A stretch of DNA of 64,000 nt from an uncultured Eubacteriales bacterium. Lineage in GTDB: Bacteria; Bacillota; Clostridia; Oscillospirales; CAG-272. A program made the translations under genes and the position numbers. Position 1 is the stretch's first letter; the number at the start of each line of letters is the position of its first letter. Location of the stretch: contig URAP01000006.1 of the NCBI GenBank assembly GCA_900545935.1, forward strand, positions 2,669 through 66,668, read 5' to 3'. The notes beneath the pieces were generated by a model. That model ran no database searches. It was not told the DNA's origin and saw nothing but the letters and a program-made list of their open reading frames with translations. This document shows positions 56,407-64,000 of this stretch, one piece after another.

Positions 56407-58221
56407 CGATTTTGCAAGGTTGCGGGGATGATCGACATCGCAGCCGCGCAGCTGTGCCGTGCGCAGCGCGATAAGCTGTACGGCTGTTACCGCCGAAATG
56501 CAGGCGAGCTCCGGCGGGAGCGGCGGAAGCGTGAATACGGTATCTGCCGTATCCGAGGCATTTTCAAAGTCGGGAGTACAAAAGAGAACCGTGTAACCGC
56601 CCCGCGCACGAACCTCGGCAATGTTTCCCGCGGTCTTTGCGTGGTAAAGCGGGTCGGTGGCGAGCGCCGCAAGGATAGTTCCGCGCTCGATGAGCGACAG
56701 TGTTCCGTGCTTCAGCTCTCCTGCGGCATATGCCTCGCTGTGAATATAGGATATTTCTTTCAGCTTCAGCGAGCATTCGGTGCAGGCGGGAAAATCCGGC
56801 CCTCTGCCGATAAAGTATGCATCGCTTTTATCACGGAGCAGCCGTGCTATCTCGGACAGCTCGCTGTCGCGCGAGAGGATGCTCTCTATTGCATGAGGCA
56901 GATCGGAGACGAGTGCGGAGGCCAGCGCTCTGCCGCGCTCTGCGCCGAGCCGTCCTCGCAGCACACCGAGTTTTATCGCCGTCATTGCGAGCAGCACTGC
57001 CTGAGTGGTATAGCCCTTGGTTGTGGCAACAGCTATCTCCGGTCCCGCGCACTGATAGAGTACATAGTCCGCCTCGACTGCTGCGGTAGAGCCTACCGCG
57101 TTGACTATGGCGAGCGTTCGCTTGCCGTTTTTCTTTGCCAGTCTCAGTGCGGCGAGTGTGTCGGCGGTCTCGCCTGACTGAGAGATAGGTATAACGAGAG
57201 TATGTCCGTTCATCGCCGGAGGACGATAGCGATACTCGGAGGCGGTATTGACCGTTACCGGAATTCCGGCAAGCTCCTCTATCCAGAATCGCCCGAGCAG
57301 TGCGGCATGCGTTGCCGAACCGCAGGCGACTATCTCGATGCCGTCCGGTTCGCACCATACGGTGTCGGGAATCCCGTCGGCGGAGAAATCGGGCAATCCG
57401 TCCGCGCCGAGCCGTGCGCCGGCGCAGCGGCGTATGGCATTAGGCTGTTCGTTTATCTCTTTTTCCATATAGCTGTCGTATCCGTCGGTACCGACAGTGC
57501 CTATACTTGCAGAAAAGGTCTCCGGCTGTCGACGCTCGGCATTGCCATCTCGGTCGATGTAATAGATGCCGCCGTGTTCAATGCGGCAGACCTGTCCCTG
57601 CGGCGGTCGAAGCATGCTGCGTGTATAGTCGAGTACGGCAGGAGCATCCGAGGCTATGAAGCACTCACCGTCGCCGACGGCGAGTACGAGCGGACTGTCA
57701 TGTCTTACGGCGTAGATCACATCCGGTATGTCGTGAAACAGTATCGCAAGCGCATAGGAGCCGCGCATCTGCTCGCATGCCTCATATATCGCCGCCTCCG
57801 GCTTGCCGAGCCTGCGATACTCGCGGTCGATGAGATGTGCGATACACTCGGTATCTGTCTCGCTGGCAAATGTATAGCCCTCGCCGAGCAGCTGCCTTTT
57901 GATCTGTGCGAAGTTGTCGAGAATGCCGTTGTGGACGAGTGTAAGGGTGTGTGATGCGTGCGGATGGGCATTGCTCTCGGTCGGCGCGCCGTGCGTCGCC
58001 CAGCGGGTGTGACCTATGCCGCAGCTGCTGTCCGGGATAGTCCCTGCCTTTTCTGCGAGAGCGGCGACTCTGCCTGTGCTTTTAACGCACCGTACCTCTC
58101 CGCCGGGCTCGGTCAGTGCTATTCCCGCCGAGTCGTAGCCACGGTATTCGAGTGCCGACAGCCCATGCAGCAGCACATTTTTTGCACTTTTCGCTCCGGT
58201 ATATCCGATTATTCCACACAT
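56392..58221 (-). CDS. glmS: Glutamine--fructose-6-phosphate aminotransferase
   Basis: N-terminal MCGIIGY nucleophile, two SIS domains, C-terminal KSVTVE; 609 aa. Confidence 0.95.
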   Translation of the reverse strand: MCGIIGYTGAKSAKNVLLHGLSALEYRGYDSAGIALTEPGGEVRCVKSTGRVAALAEKAGTIPDSSCGIGHTRWATHGAPTESNAHPHASHTLTLVHNGILDNFAQIKRQLLGEGYTFASETDTECIAHLIDREYRRLGKPEAAIYEACEQMRGSYALAILFHDIPDVIYAVRHDSPLVLAVGDGECFIASDAPAVLDYTRSMLRPPQGQVCRIEHGGIYYIDRDGNAERRQPETFSASIGTVGTDGYDSYMEKEINEQPNAIRRCAGARLGADGLPDFSADGIPDTVWCEPDGIEIVACGSATHAALLGRFWIEELAGIPVTVNTASEYRYRPPAMNGHTLVIPISQSGETADTLAALRLAKKNGKRTLAIVNAVGSTAAVEADYVLYQCAGPEIAVATTKGYTTQAVLLAMTAIKLGVLRGRLGAERGRALASALVSDLPHAIESILSRDSELSEIARLLRDKSDAYFIGRGPDFPACTECSLKLKEISYIHSEAYAAGELKHGTLSLIERGTILAALATDPLYHAKTAGNIAEVRARGGYTVLFCTPDFENASDTADTVFTLPPLPPELACISAVTAVQLIALRTAQLRGCDVDHPRNLAKSVTVE

Positions 58222-58267
58222 ATCTTTTTCTCCTCTCGGTGTATCAAGATTATCTTATCTATTATCC

Positions 58268-58939
58268 TTATTCTCTGATAACGATGCAGTCGGGGGATTT
58301 GACAATGCAATCCGGCGGGATAACTCCGCGTATCGGGGTCAGTGGGTATATGCTCGTATTACGACCGACGACCGTGCCGGGATTGAGTACGCAGCCGCAG
58401 CCGATGTCGGCATTGTCGCCGAGTATCGCGCCGAGCTTTCGCAGCCCGGTCGCATAGTCGGTATCGCCGTGAATTACGACCGGTTTGCCGTCGGATTTCA
58501 GGTTTGAGCAGACAGCACCGGCACCCATATGCGCGCGGTTTCCGATGATCGAATCGCCCACATAATTGTAGTGCGGCAGCTGCACACCGTCGAGCAGTAT
58601 GCAGTTTTTCAGCTCGGTCGAGTTTCCAATAACGCAGCTGCGTCCTGCGATGATGTTTCCGCGCAGAAAAGCGCCGGGTCTTACCGTGCAGCCGTCGCCG
58701 AGGACTATCGGCGGCAGCAGTACCGCGCTCTCATGTATCGAGACATTTTTTCCTATGACTATTCCGTCCGCGAGGCGTGTGAAGCCCGGTGGCGGTGTCT
58801 TTGTCAGTGCGGCTGCGACCGAGCTGATGTCCGGCAGCAGCTGCCACGGGTATTCATAGGAATAAAAGATTTTGCTCAGATACGGCAGCTCGCATTTCAT
58901 CAGCTCGGATGTTTTTATCTGATCATGCGTTCTATTCAC
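58268..58939 (-). CDS. Left-handed beta-helix (hexapeptide-repeat) acyltransferase resembling the GlmU C-terminal domain
   Basis: Hexapeptide repeats (IGKNVSI, LGDGCTV, IAGRSCV, IGNRAHMGAGAV, LGDNADIGCGCV). GTG start overlaps the upstream stop by 8 nt. There is no nucleotidyltransferase domain. Confidence 0.7.
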   Translation of the reverse strand: MNRTHDQIKTSELMKCELPYLSKIFYSYEYPWQLLPDISSVAAALTKTPPPGFTRLADGIVIGKNVSIHESAVLLPPIVLGDGCTVRPGAFLRGNIIAGRSCVIGNSTELKNCILLDGVQLPHYNYVGDSIIGNRAHMGAGAVCSNLKSDGKPVVIHGDTDYATGLRKLGAILGDNADIGCGCVLNPGTVVGRNTSIYPLTPIRGVIPPDCIVKSPDCIVIRE

Positions 58940-60575
58940 AGCAGTAGCCTCGCTTTCTTATCAGCTCGCACAGCTCGCTAAGATAGTGCTCTCGCTTTGT
59001 CTCATCGTCGCATTCTATCATTACGCGCACCATCGGCTCTGTCCCGCTCGCGCGCAGCAGCGCGCGCCCGCTCCCGGCAATGCGAGAATTGATCTGACGG
59101 TATCTCTCGAGTATGACCTCGTCGGCAAGAACGGCGTGCTTGTCGGTAACACGGAGATTTTTTGTTCGCTGCGGAAAAAGTGTTACACCCTCACACAGTC
59201 CTGACAGCGGCAGCTTTTTGTCGCGCATCTCCTCGGCAATCATCAGCGCGGTGAGAATACCGTCGCCGGTGGTTGCGTATTTCCTGAGGATAATATGCCC
59301 GGATTGCTCGCCGCCTAAACGGTAGCCGTTCTTCTCCATGCATTCAAAGACGAATCGGTCGCCGACATCCGTCTGTTCGTATCCTATACCGATAGCATCG
59401 AGCGAACGCAGCAGTCCGCTGTTTGACATTACCGTAGTGACTACCTTGCCTCCGTCGAGCATTCCGCGCTCACTCAGGCGCTTAGCAAAGATGTAAAGCA
59501 TCTTGTCACCGTCGACTACCGCGCCGTTTTCGTCTACCGCTATGCATCGGTCGGCGTCGCCGTCAAAGGCAAAACCTACATCGAGATGCCCGCTGCGCAC
59601 CAGCTCTTGCAGTGTTTCGATATGTGTTGAGCCGCAGCCCTCGTTTACGTTCAGACCATTCGGGGAAGCGCCTATTACCGTCGTTCTCGCACCGAGTGCG
59701 TCAAAAACCGATTTGGCTATCATCCATGCTGCGCCGTTCGCGCAGTCGAGTCCTATCCGCATGTCCTTGTAGGAGTGTGAGGCGAGCGAAATAAGGTATC
59801 CCACATAGCGGTTTCGTCCGGCGACATAGTCGACGATGCAGCCTATGCGGTCGCGCGAGGCAAGCGGAAGATCGGCGGTGCGCAGTCCGAGCCGCTCAAG
59901 GTCGCCGTCAAGATATGCCTCGATAAGCGATGCGGTGCCGTCGTCGAGCTTTTCTCCGTAGCTGCTGACGATCTTTATCCCGTTGTCGTAGTACGGATTG
60001 TGTGAGGCGGTTATCATTATCCCGCAGTCAAAGCGATCCTGCCGGGTGACATACGAGACGCTCGGGGTTGTTGTGACGTGCAGCATGTATGCGTCCGCGC
60101 CCGAGGCGGTCAGTCCTGCGACGAGTGAATACTCAAACATATAGCTCGAGCGTCGAGTGTCCTTCCCGATGACTATGCGCGGTCGGTATGCCGGCTCGTG
60201 AAAACCGCTGAGAGGCGACGAGTAGTACCAGCCGAGAAATCGACCGACCTTGTATGCCTGCTCGGAGGTCAAGGTGATATTTGCTTCGCCGCGAAAGCCG
60301 TCGGTGCCGAAATATTTATTGCCGCCGCTCGGCTCGTTTATAGATGAGCGCTCGCCCGGCTTGTCTCCGTAGATGTCTATATCATCCCGCAGCAGGCTGT
60401 CGCACGAAACGGAGAACAGCTCGCTGAGCAGCAGCACCTTGTCTATCTGAGGCACCGCCTGATCTATTTCCCATTTGGAGACCGATTGCCGTGATACATC
60501 CAGTCTTTCGGCAAGCGCCTCCTGCGATATCTGCGCCGCCGAGCGCAGGGTATAAATTTTCTTGCCAAGCGTCAT
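58932..60575 (-). CDS. glmM: XRE-family HTH domain fused to phosphoglucosamine mutase
   Basis: ATG at 60575 (MTLGKKIYTLRSAAQISQEALAERLDVSRQSVSKWE = HTH_3). A linker of about 30 aa follows, then KYFGTDGFRGEAN and the phosphoserine loop ITASHNPYYDNGIK typical of GlmM. Confidence 0.8.
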   Translation of the reverse strand: MTLGKKIYTLRSAAQISQEALAERLDVSRQSVSKWEIDQAVPQIDKVLLLSELFSVSCDSLLRDDIDIYGDKPGERSSINEPSGGNKYFGTDGFRGEANITLTSEQAYKVGRFLGWYYSSPLSGFHEPAYRPRIVIGKDTRRSSYMFEYSLVAGLTASGADAYMLHVTTTPSVSYVTRQDRFDCGIMITASHNPYYDNGIKIVSSYGEKLDDGTASLIEAYLDGDLERLGLRTADLPLASRDRIGCIVDYVAGRNRYVGYLISLASHSYKDMRIGLDCANGAAWMIAKSVFDALGARTTVIGASPNGLNVNEGCGSTHIETLQELVRSGHLDVGFAFDGDADRCIAVDENGAVVDGDKMLYIFAKRLSERGMLDGGKVVTTVMSNSGLLRSLDAIGIGYEQTDVGDRFVFECMEKNGYRLGGEQSGHIILRKYATTGDGILTALMIAEEMRDKKLPLSGLCEGVTLFPQRTKNLRVTDKHAVLADEVILERYRQINSRIAGSGRALLRASGTEPMVRVMIECDDETKREHYLSELCELIRKRGYCCE

Positions 60576-60623
60576 TTTTTCGATTTCCTTTCTGTTTCCG
60601 CAGGTCGGTACCGAAATTCCGCA

Positions 60624-60672
60624 GCCGTATCTGTCGAATCCGTCCATATTGCCGTATCAGAGCTGTCGGATA
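60624..60672 (-). repeat. Tandem direct repeats in the HTH-glmM leader
   Basis: Plus strand: GCCGTATC-TGTCGAAT (60624-60639) and GCCGTATC-agagc-TGTCGGAT (60651-60671). A third CTGTCGG lies at 60789-60795. Confidence 0.5.
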
Positions 60673-60819
60673 AGAATACTGCGGCGGTAGTGCTTTTGTA
60701 TGAGTACCTAAGGCATGCCGACCTACGCTTGCTATAATATAGTATTTTGTCCGCTTTTTCTACCAATCAAACGCGGAAATTTTCGCAACTGTCGGTTGCG
60801 ATTTCATATATTCAATGTT

Positions 60820-60848
60820 ATTATACCCGTTTTTTTCGGAAAAATCAA
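60820..60848 (-). promoter_or_regulatory. Promoter of the HTH-glmM / LbH / glmS operon
   Basis: On the minus strand: TTGATT, a 17-nt spacer, then TATAAT. This predicts a leader of about 235 nt. Confidence 0.55.
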
Positions 60849-60935
60849 ATATTATCAGCTGAAATTTAGTTGCGTTGAGATTTTATGTGAGCCTGAATTG
60901 TCATACACGATCGAGTGAAAGTGCTTTGATTGCCG

Positions 60936-60977
60936 AAAAAAATCCTGCGCAGAGACAGCAATGTCTCTGCGCAGGAT
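60936..60977 (-). terminator. Terminator of glnA
   Basis: ATCCTGCGCAGAGAC-6 nt-GTCTCTGCGCAGGAT, followed on the minus strand by TTTTTTT. Confidence 0.8.
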
Positions 60978-61060
60978 CTGAGATCGCAGTTATTTATAGC
61001 TGTAATATCGGATAAAATGCGGCTTGATGTCACTATATCGCTGCCGGACTGTTGCCGGCA

Positions 61061-63157
61061 TTATCGTACTCCGTACAGCAGATCGCCGTAGGTAGGGTAG
61101 GGCCATAGAGTACGGTCGGTGAGCGCCTCTGCCGAGTCTGCGGCGCTGCGGAGGGTATCCATATCGGAGAGGATATCGCGCTTGAAGAACATTGCGCGCT
61201 CCGCGATATTCGACATTTCGGCAGTCTCGGAGAGCTGAGTCTCGAGCTTTGTGCATGCCGCGCGCATATCGGATACGAGTGCAGAGAGGGTGGAAACGGT
61301 CTCAGCCTCGCAGTCGAGCGTGTTCGGGCAGACAGCGCGTGCTGCGTTCACGGTCTCGGCGAGCGTCTTTATCTGCCGCGAGACGGCGGGGATGATATCT
61401 CGCTTTGCCATCTCAAGCATGGTGCGCGCCTCTATCGTTATCTTGGAGCAGTAGTTGCCGAGCATAACGTCATGGCGCGAGCGCAGCTCGGATTCGCTGT
61501 ATACCTTGTGGCGGGTGAGCAGCTCGATGTTTTCACGGTCAAGCAGGTGAGGTACGCAGTCTGCGGTGGTCGGGAAGTTGCGCAGCCCGCGGCGCATCGC
61601 CTCGGCTTTCCATGCGTCGTCGTAGCCGTTTCCGTTGAAGATGATGCGCCCGTGCTCCTCGATGGTGCGCTTTATCAGGTCGTGTACGATATCGGCGAGT
61701 GCCTCCTTGCCGAGACGAGCTTCTATCTCATCGGCATACAGCCGCAGCGACTCGGCTACCGAGGTATTAATTATCGTATTTGTGAGCGAGATGGAGCTTG
61801 ATGCGCCGAGCATGCGGAACTCGAACTTGTTGCCGGTGAATGCAAACGGGGAGGTGCGGTTGCGGTCGGTGGTGTCCTTCGGCAACTTCGGAAGCACGTG
61901 AACGCCGAGGCGCAGCACAGATTTTTCCTCCGCAAGGTATGGCGTATCGTTCTTTATTGCGTCAAGAATGGCGGTAAGCTCGTCTCCGAGAAATACCGAA
62001 ACGATTGCGGGAGGTGCCTCGCTTGCGCCGAGACGGTGGTCGTTGCCTGCGTCTGCGACCGATATACGCAGCAGTACCTGATAGTCGTCGACCGCCTTTA
62101 TGACCGCACAGAGGAAGAGCAGGAACTGCGCATTCTCGTGCGGGGTCTCGCCGGGAGAGAGCAGATTTACGCCGGTATTTGTCGAGAGCGACCAGTTGTT
62201 GTGCTTGCCCGAGCCGTTGACTCCCTCGAAAGGCTTTTCGTGCAGCAGGCAGACGAGTCCGTGACGCTTTGCGACCTCCTGCATCATCTCCATGGTGAGC
62301 TGATTGTCGTCGGTCGCCTTGTTTGTCATACGGTAGATGGGTGCAAGCTCGTGCTGCGCGGGCGCGGTCTCGTTGTGCTCGGTCTTTGCGAGCACGCCGA
62401 GCTTCCACAGCTCCTCGTCGAGCTCGGTCATGAACGCCTTGACTCTCGGCTGTATCGCGCCGAAATAGTGGTCGTCAAGCTCCTGACCCTTGAGTGCGCG
62501 GGTGCCGTAGAGCGTTCTGCCGGTAAAGATAAGATCGGGACGTCGGTCGTACATTTCCTTGTCGACGAGGAAGTATTCCTGCTCGGGTCCTGCCGAGGTG
62601 AATACGCGTGCGGCATCAGATCCGAACAGACGGATAACGCGCAGAGCCTCTCTGCCGAGCGTCTCCATCGAGCGCATGAGAGGAGTCTTTTGGTCGAGCG
62701 CCTCTCCGCTGTACGAACAGAAAACGGTGGGAATGTACAGTGTCGAGCCCTTTATAAAGGCGTATGCCGTGGGGTCCCATGCGGTATAACCGCGCGCCTC
62801 AAAGGTTGCACGCAGTCCTCCGGAGGGCAGGCTCGATGCGTCAGGCTCACCTTGGACCAGCTCCTTGCCCGAGAACTCCATTATGACCCGACCGTCGCCC
62901 GCCGGTGAGATAAAGCTGTCGTGCTTCTCGGCGGTGATGCCTGTCATCGGCTGAAACCAATGTGTATAGTGTGTAGCGCCGTGCTCTACCGCCCAGTCCT
63001 TCATTGCGTTGGCAACGACGTGGGCGACGCTGAGGTCGAGGTGCCGTCCGTCCTCCATCGTGCGTTTCAGGGAGGCGTAGGTCTCGCTCGGCAGACGTGC
63101 CTTCATTGTGGCGGCGTTAAAAACAAGTGAGCCGAAGGTTTCGGGTACATTATTCAT
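61061..63157 (-). CDS. glnA: Glutamine synthetase, type III
   Basis: 698 aa, with N-terminal FGSLVFN...MKARLP and [12 protein letters not shown], both typical of GSIII. Confidence 0.9.
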   Translation of the reverse strand: MNNVPETFGSLVFNAATMKARLPSETYASLKRTMEDGRHLDLSVAHVVANAMKDWAVEHGATHYTHWFQPMTGITAEKHDSFISPAGDGRVIMEFSGKELVQGEPDASSLPSGGLRATFEARGYTAWDPTAYAFIKGSTLYIPTVFCSYSGEALDQKTPLMRSMETLGREALRVIRLFGSDAARVFTSAGPEQEYFLVDKEMYDRRPDLIFTGRTLYGTRALKGQELDDHYFGAIQPRVKAFMTELDEELWKLGVLAKTEHNETAPAQHELAPIYRMTNKATDDNQLTMEMMQEVAKRHGLVCLLHEKPFEGVNGSGKHNNWSLSTNTGVNLLSPGETPHENAQFLLFLCAVIKAVDDYQVLLRISVADAGNDHRLGASEAPPAIVSVFLGDELTAILDAIKNDTPYLAEEKSVLRLGVHVLPKLPKDTTDRNRTSPFAFTGNKFEFRMLGASSSISLTNTIINTSVAESLRLYADEIEARLGKEALADIVHDLIKRTIEEHGRIIFNGNGYDDAWKAEAMRRGLRNFPTTADCVPHLLDRENIELLTRHKVYSESELRSRHDVMLGNYCSKITIEARTMLEMAKRDIIPAVSRQIKTLAETVNAARAVCPNTLDCEAETVSTLSALVSDMRAACTKLETQLSETAEMSNIAERAMFFKRDILSDMDTLRSAADSAEALTDRTLWPYPTYGDLLYGVR

Positions 63158-63204
63158 GGTCTTTTACAAAATCCTTTCGCAGCGCGCATTGTGTCGATAA
63201 AGAA

Positions 63205-63233
63205 ATTATACCGCCTGAGGCGGCGGATGTCAA
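63205..63233 (-). promoter_or_regulatory. Promoter of glnA (GSIII)
   Basis: On the minus strand: TTGACA, a 17-nt spacer, then TATAAT. The spacer itself contains the palindrome CCGCCtcaGGCGG. Confidence 0.65.
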
Positions 63234-63365
63234 CATTTTTGCGGGAGGAGGCGCGGATTTTTGCAATATGGGTGGAATTCGTAGCAAAAATGTGTTACAA
63301 TATCTCCGTTATGTTAATGTTGTCATACAGTATTCGGACGAAAAAGAGGGGGGAGAACTGCCGAA

Positions 63366-64000
63366 ATGATACTCATAATTGCGGAGAAGCCGAGTCTTGC
63401 ACGCAATATTGTCGCGGGCATCGGAAAGATGAGCAAATACAGCGGCTATTATGAGGGCTGCGGTTATATAGTAACATGGGCATTCGGACACCTCTTCTCG
63501 CTCTGTGATATAGAGGATTATAATCCGCCGCCGAAGCAGGTGCAGGAGGGCAAGCGTCCGCGTTGGACTATGGCGAATCTGCCCTGCTTTCCGGAGGAAT
63601 TCCGCTTCCGTCTGCGCATGGGGGAGAACGGTAAGCCGGATGCGGGAATTCAGCGGCAGTTTTCGGTCATAGAGACGCTTTGCAACCGCGAGGACGTCGA
63701 CCGCATCGTAAATGCGGGAGACTCGGACAGAGAGGGCGAGATCATCGTCCGCCTGTGCGTCAGTCATGCACTGCACGGCGAGAAGCCCTTCGATCGTTTG
63801 TGGCTGCCCGATCAGACCCCGGAGACGGTCGCGGCGGCGCTGCATAGCATGAAGAGCGAGGACGAATATCAGCACCTCGCCGACGAGGGCTTTGCGCGCA
63901 CATATATCGACTGGCTGTACGGCGTGAATCTTACTCGCTATGCGACGCTGAGGACGGGTACGCTGCTGCGTGTAGGACGAGTTATTGTTCCGATAGTCAA
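63366..64000 (+). CDS. topB: DNA topoisomerase III (5' part; continues beyond the window)
   Basis: My own translation from ATG 63366 is MILIIAEKPSLARNIVAGIG...GYIVTWAFGHLF...NAGDSDREGEII, which is a Toprim domain with the DxDxEGE motif. There is no stop before nt 64000. Confidence 0.85.
   Translation, partial: MILIIAEKPSLARNIVAGIGKMSKYSGYYEGCGYIVTWAFGHLFSLCDIEDYNPPPKQVQEGKRPRWTMANLPCFPEEFRFRLRMGENGKPDAGIQRQFSVIETLCNREDVDRIVNAGDSDREGEIIVRLCVSHALHGEKPFDRLWLPDQTPETVAAALHSMKSEDEYQHLADEGFARTYIDWLYGVNLTRYATLRTGTLLRVGRVIVPIV

Noticed and set aside
58222-58267. A glmS ribozyme upstream of glmS, or in the operon leader at 60576-60812.
   Set aside because: The gap before glmS is only 46 nt. I found no AGCGCC cleavage-site core or GACGAGG / CGGCGGAUGCC-type conserved segments on the minus strand of the leader. 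This needs a covariance-model scan to be definitive.
60631-60645. A tmRNA-like 5' sequence (minus strand GGACGGATTCGACAG).
   Set aside because: This is only a 13-15-nt resemblance to the tmRNA 5' end. There is no tRNA-like 3' end (TPsiC arm/CCA context), no tag ORF and no pseudoknot-rich body nearby. It lies in the glmM leader and is part of a local direct repeat.

Overview
This is a chromosomal, mostly housekeeping segment from a Gram-positive anaerobe that looks Clostridia-like. Supporting signs are GGAGG Shine-Dalgarno sites, many near-consensus TTGACA-17-TATAAT promoters (often with a TGn extension), lipobox lipoproteins, class 1B dihydroorotate dehydrogenase (pyrK/pyrD), a reverse rubrerythrin and a type III glutamine synthetase. 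Coding regions are GC-rich and spacers are AT-rich. I call about 47 protein genes. They include gap, a livHMGF operon with its binding protein, pyk, a ribose-type sugar ABC transporter, an NSS transporter and an EamA exporter. They also include a ribokinase plus HTH-ADP-ribosylglycohydrolase operon, an 8-gene pyrimidine operon (pyrC-K-D-F-E-B-I-carB) behind a PyrR-type attenuator, and a DUF1538 membrane protein with a tandem PII-like protein. The rest are ldhA, rubrerythrin, MATE, putP, tetR, nadE, a very large GH2 glycosidase, marR/tauE, a REC-HD-GYP-GGDEF c-di-GMP protein, a hexosamine operon (HTH-glmM, LbH acyltransferase, glmS), type III glnA and the 5' end of topB. I saw no rRNA, tRNA, CRISPR, transposase or phage genes. 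The most unusual observations are these: (1) the liv binding lipoprotein appears to be a clean circular permutation of the canonical LivJ/K fold; (2) a 32-codon Cys/Met-rich upstream ORF ends in an ATGA overlap with the DUF1538/PII-like pair; (3) two separate XRE-HTH-enzyme fusions (GlmM and ADP-ribosylglycohydrolase), with the GlmM fusion heading an operon in which glmS has no room for its usual ribozyme; (4) a structured leader with a promoter, a terminator and three 50-nt-spaced direct repeats in front of the c-di-GMP gene. All homology statements come from reading the translations and from remembered family signatures. No searches were run.
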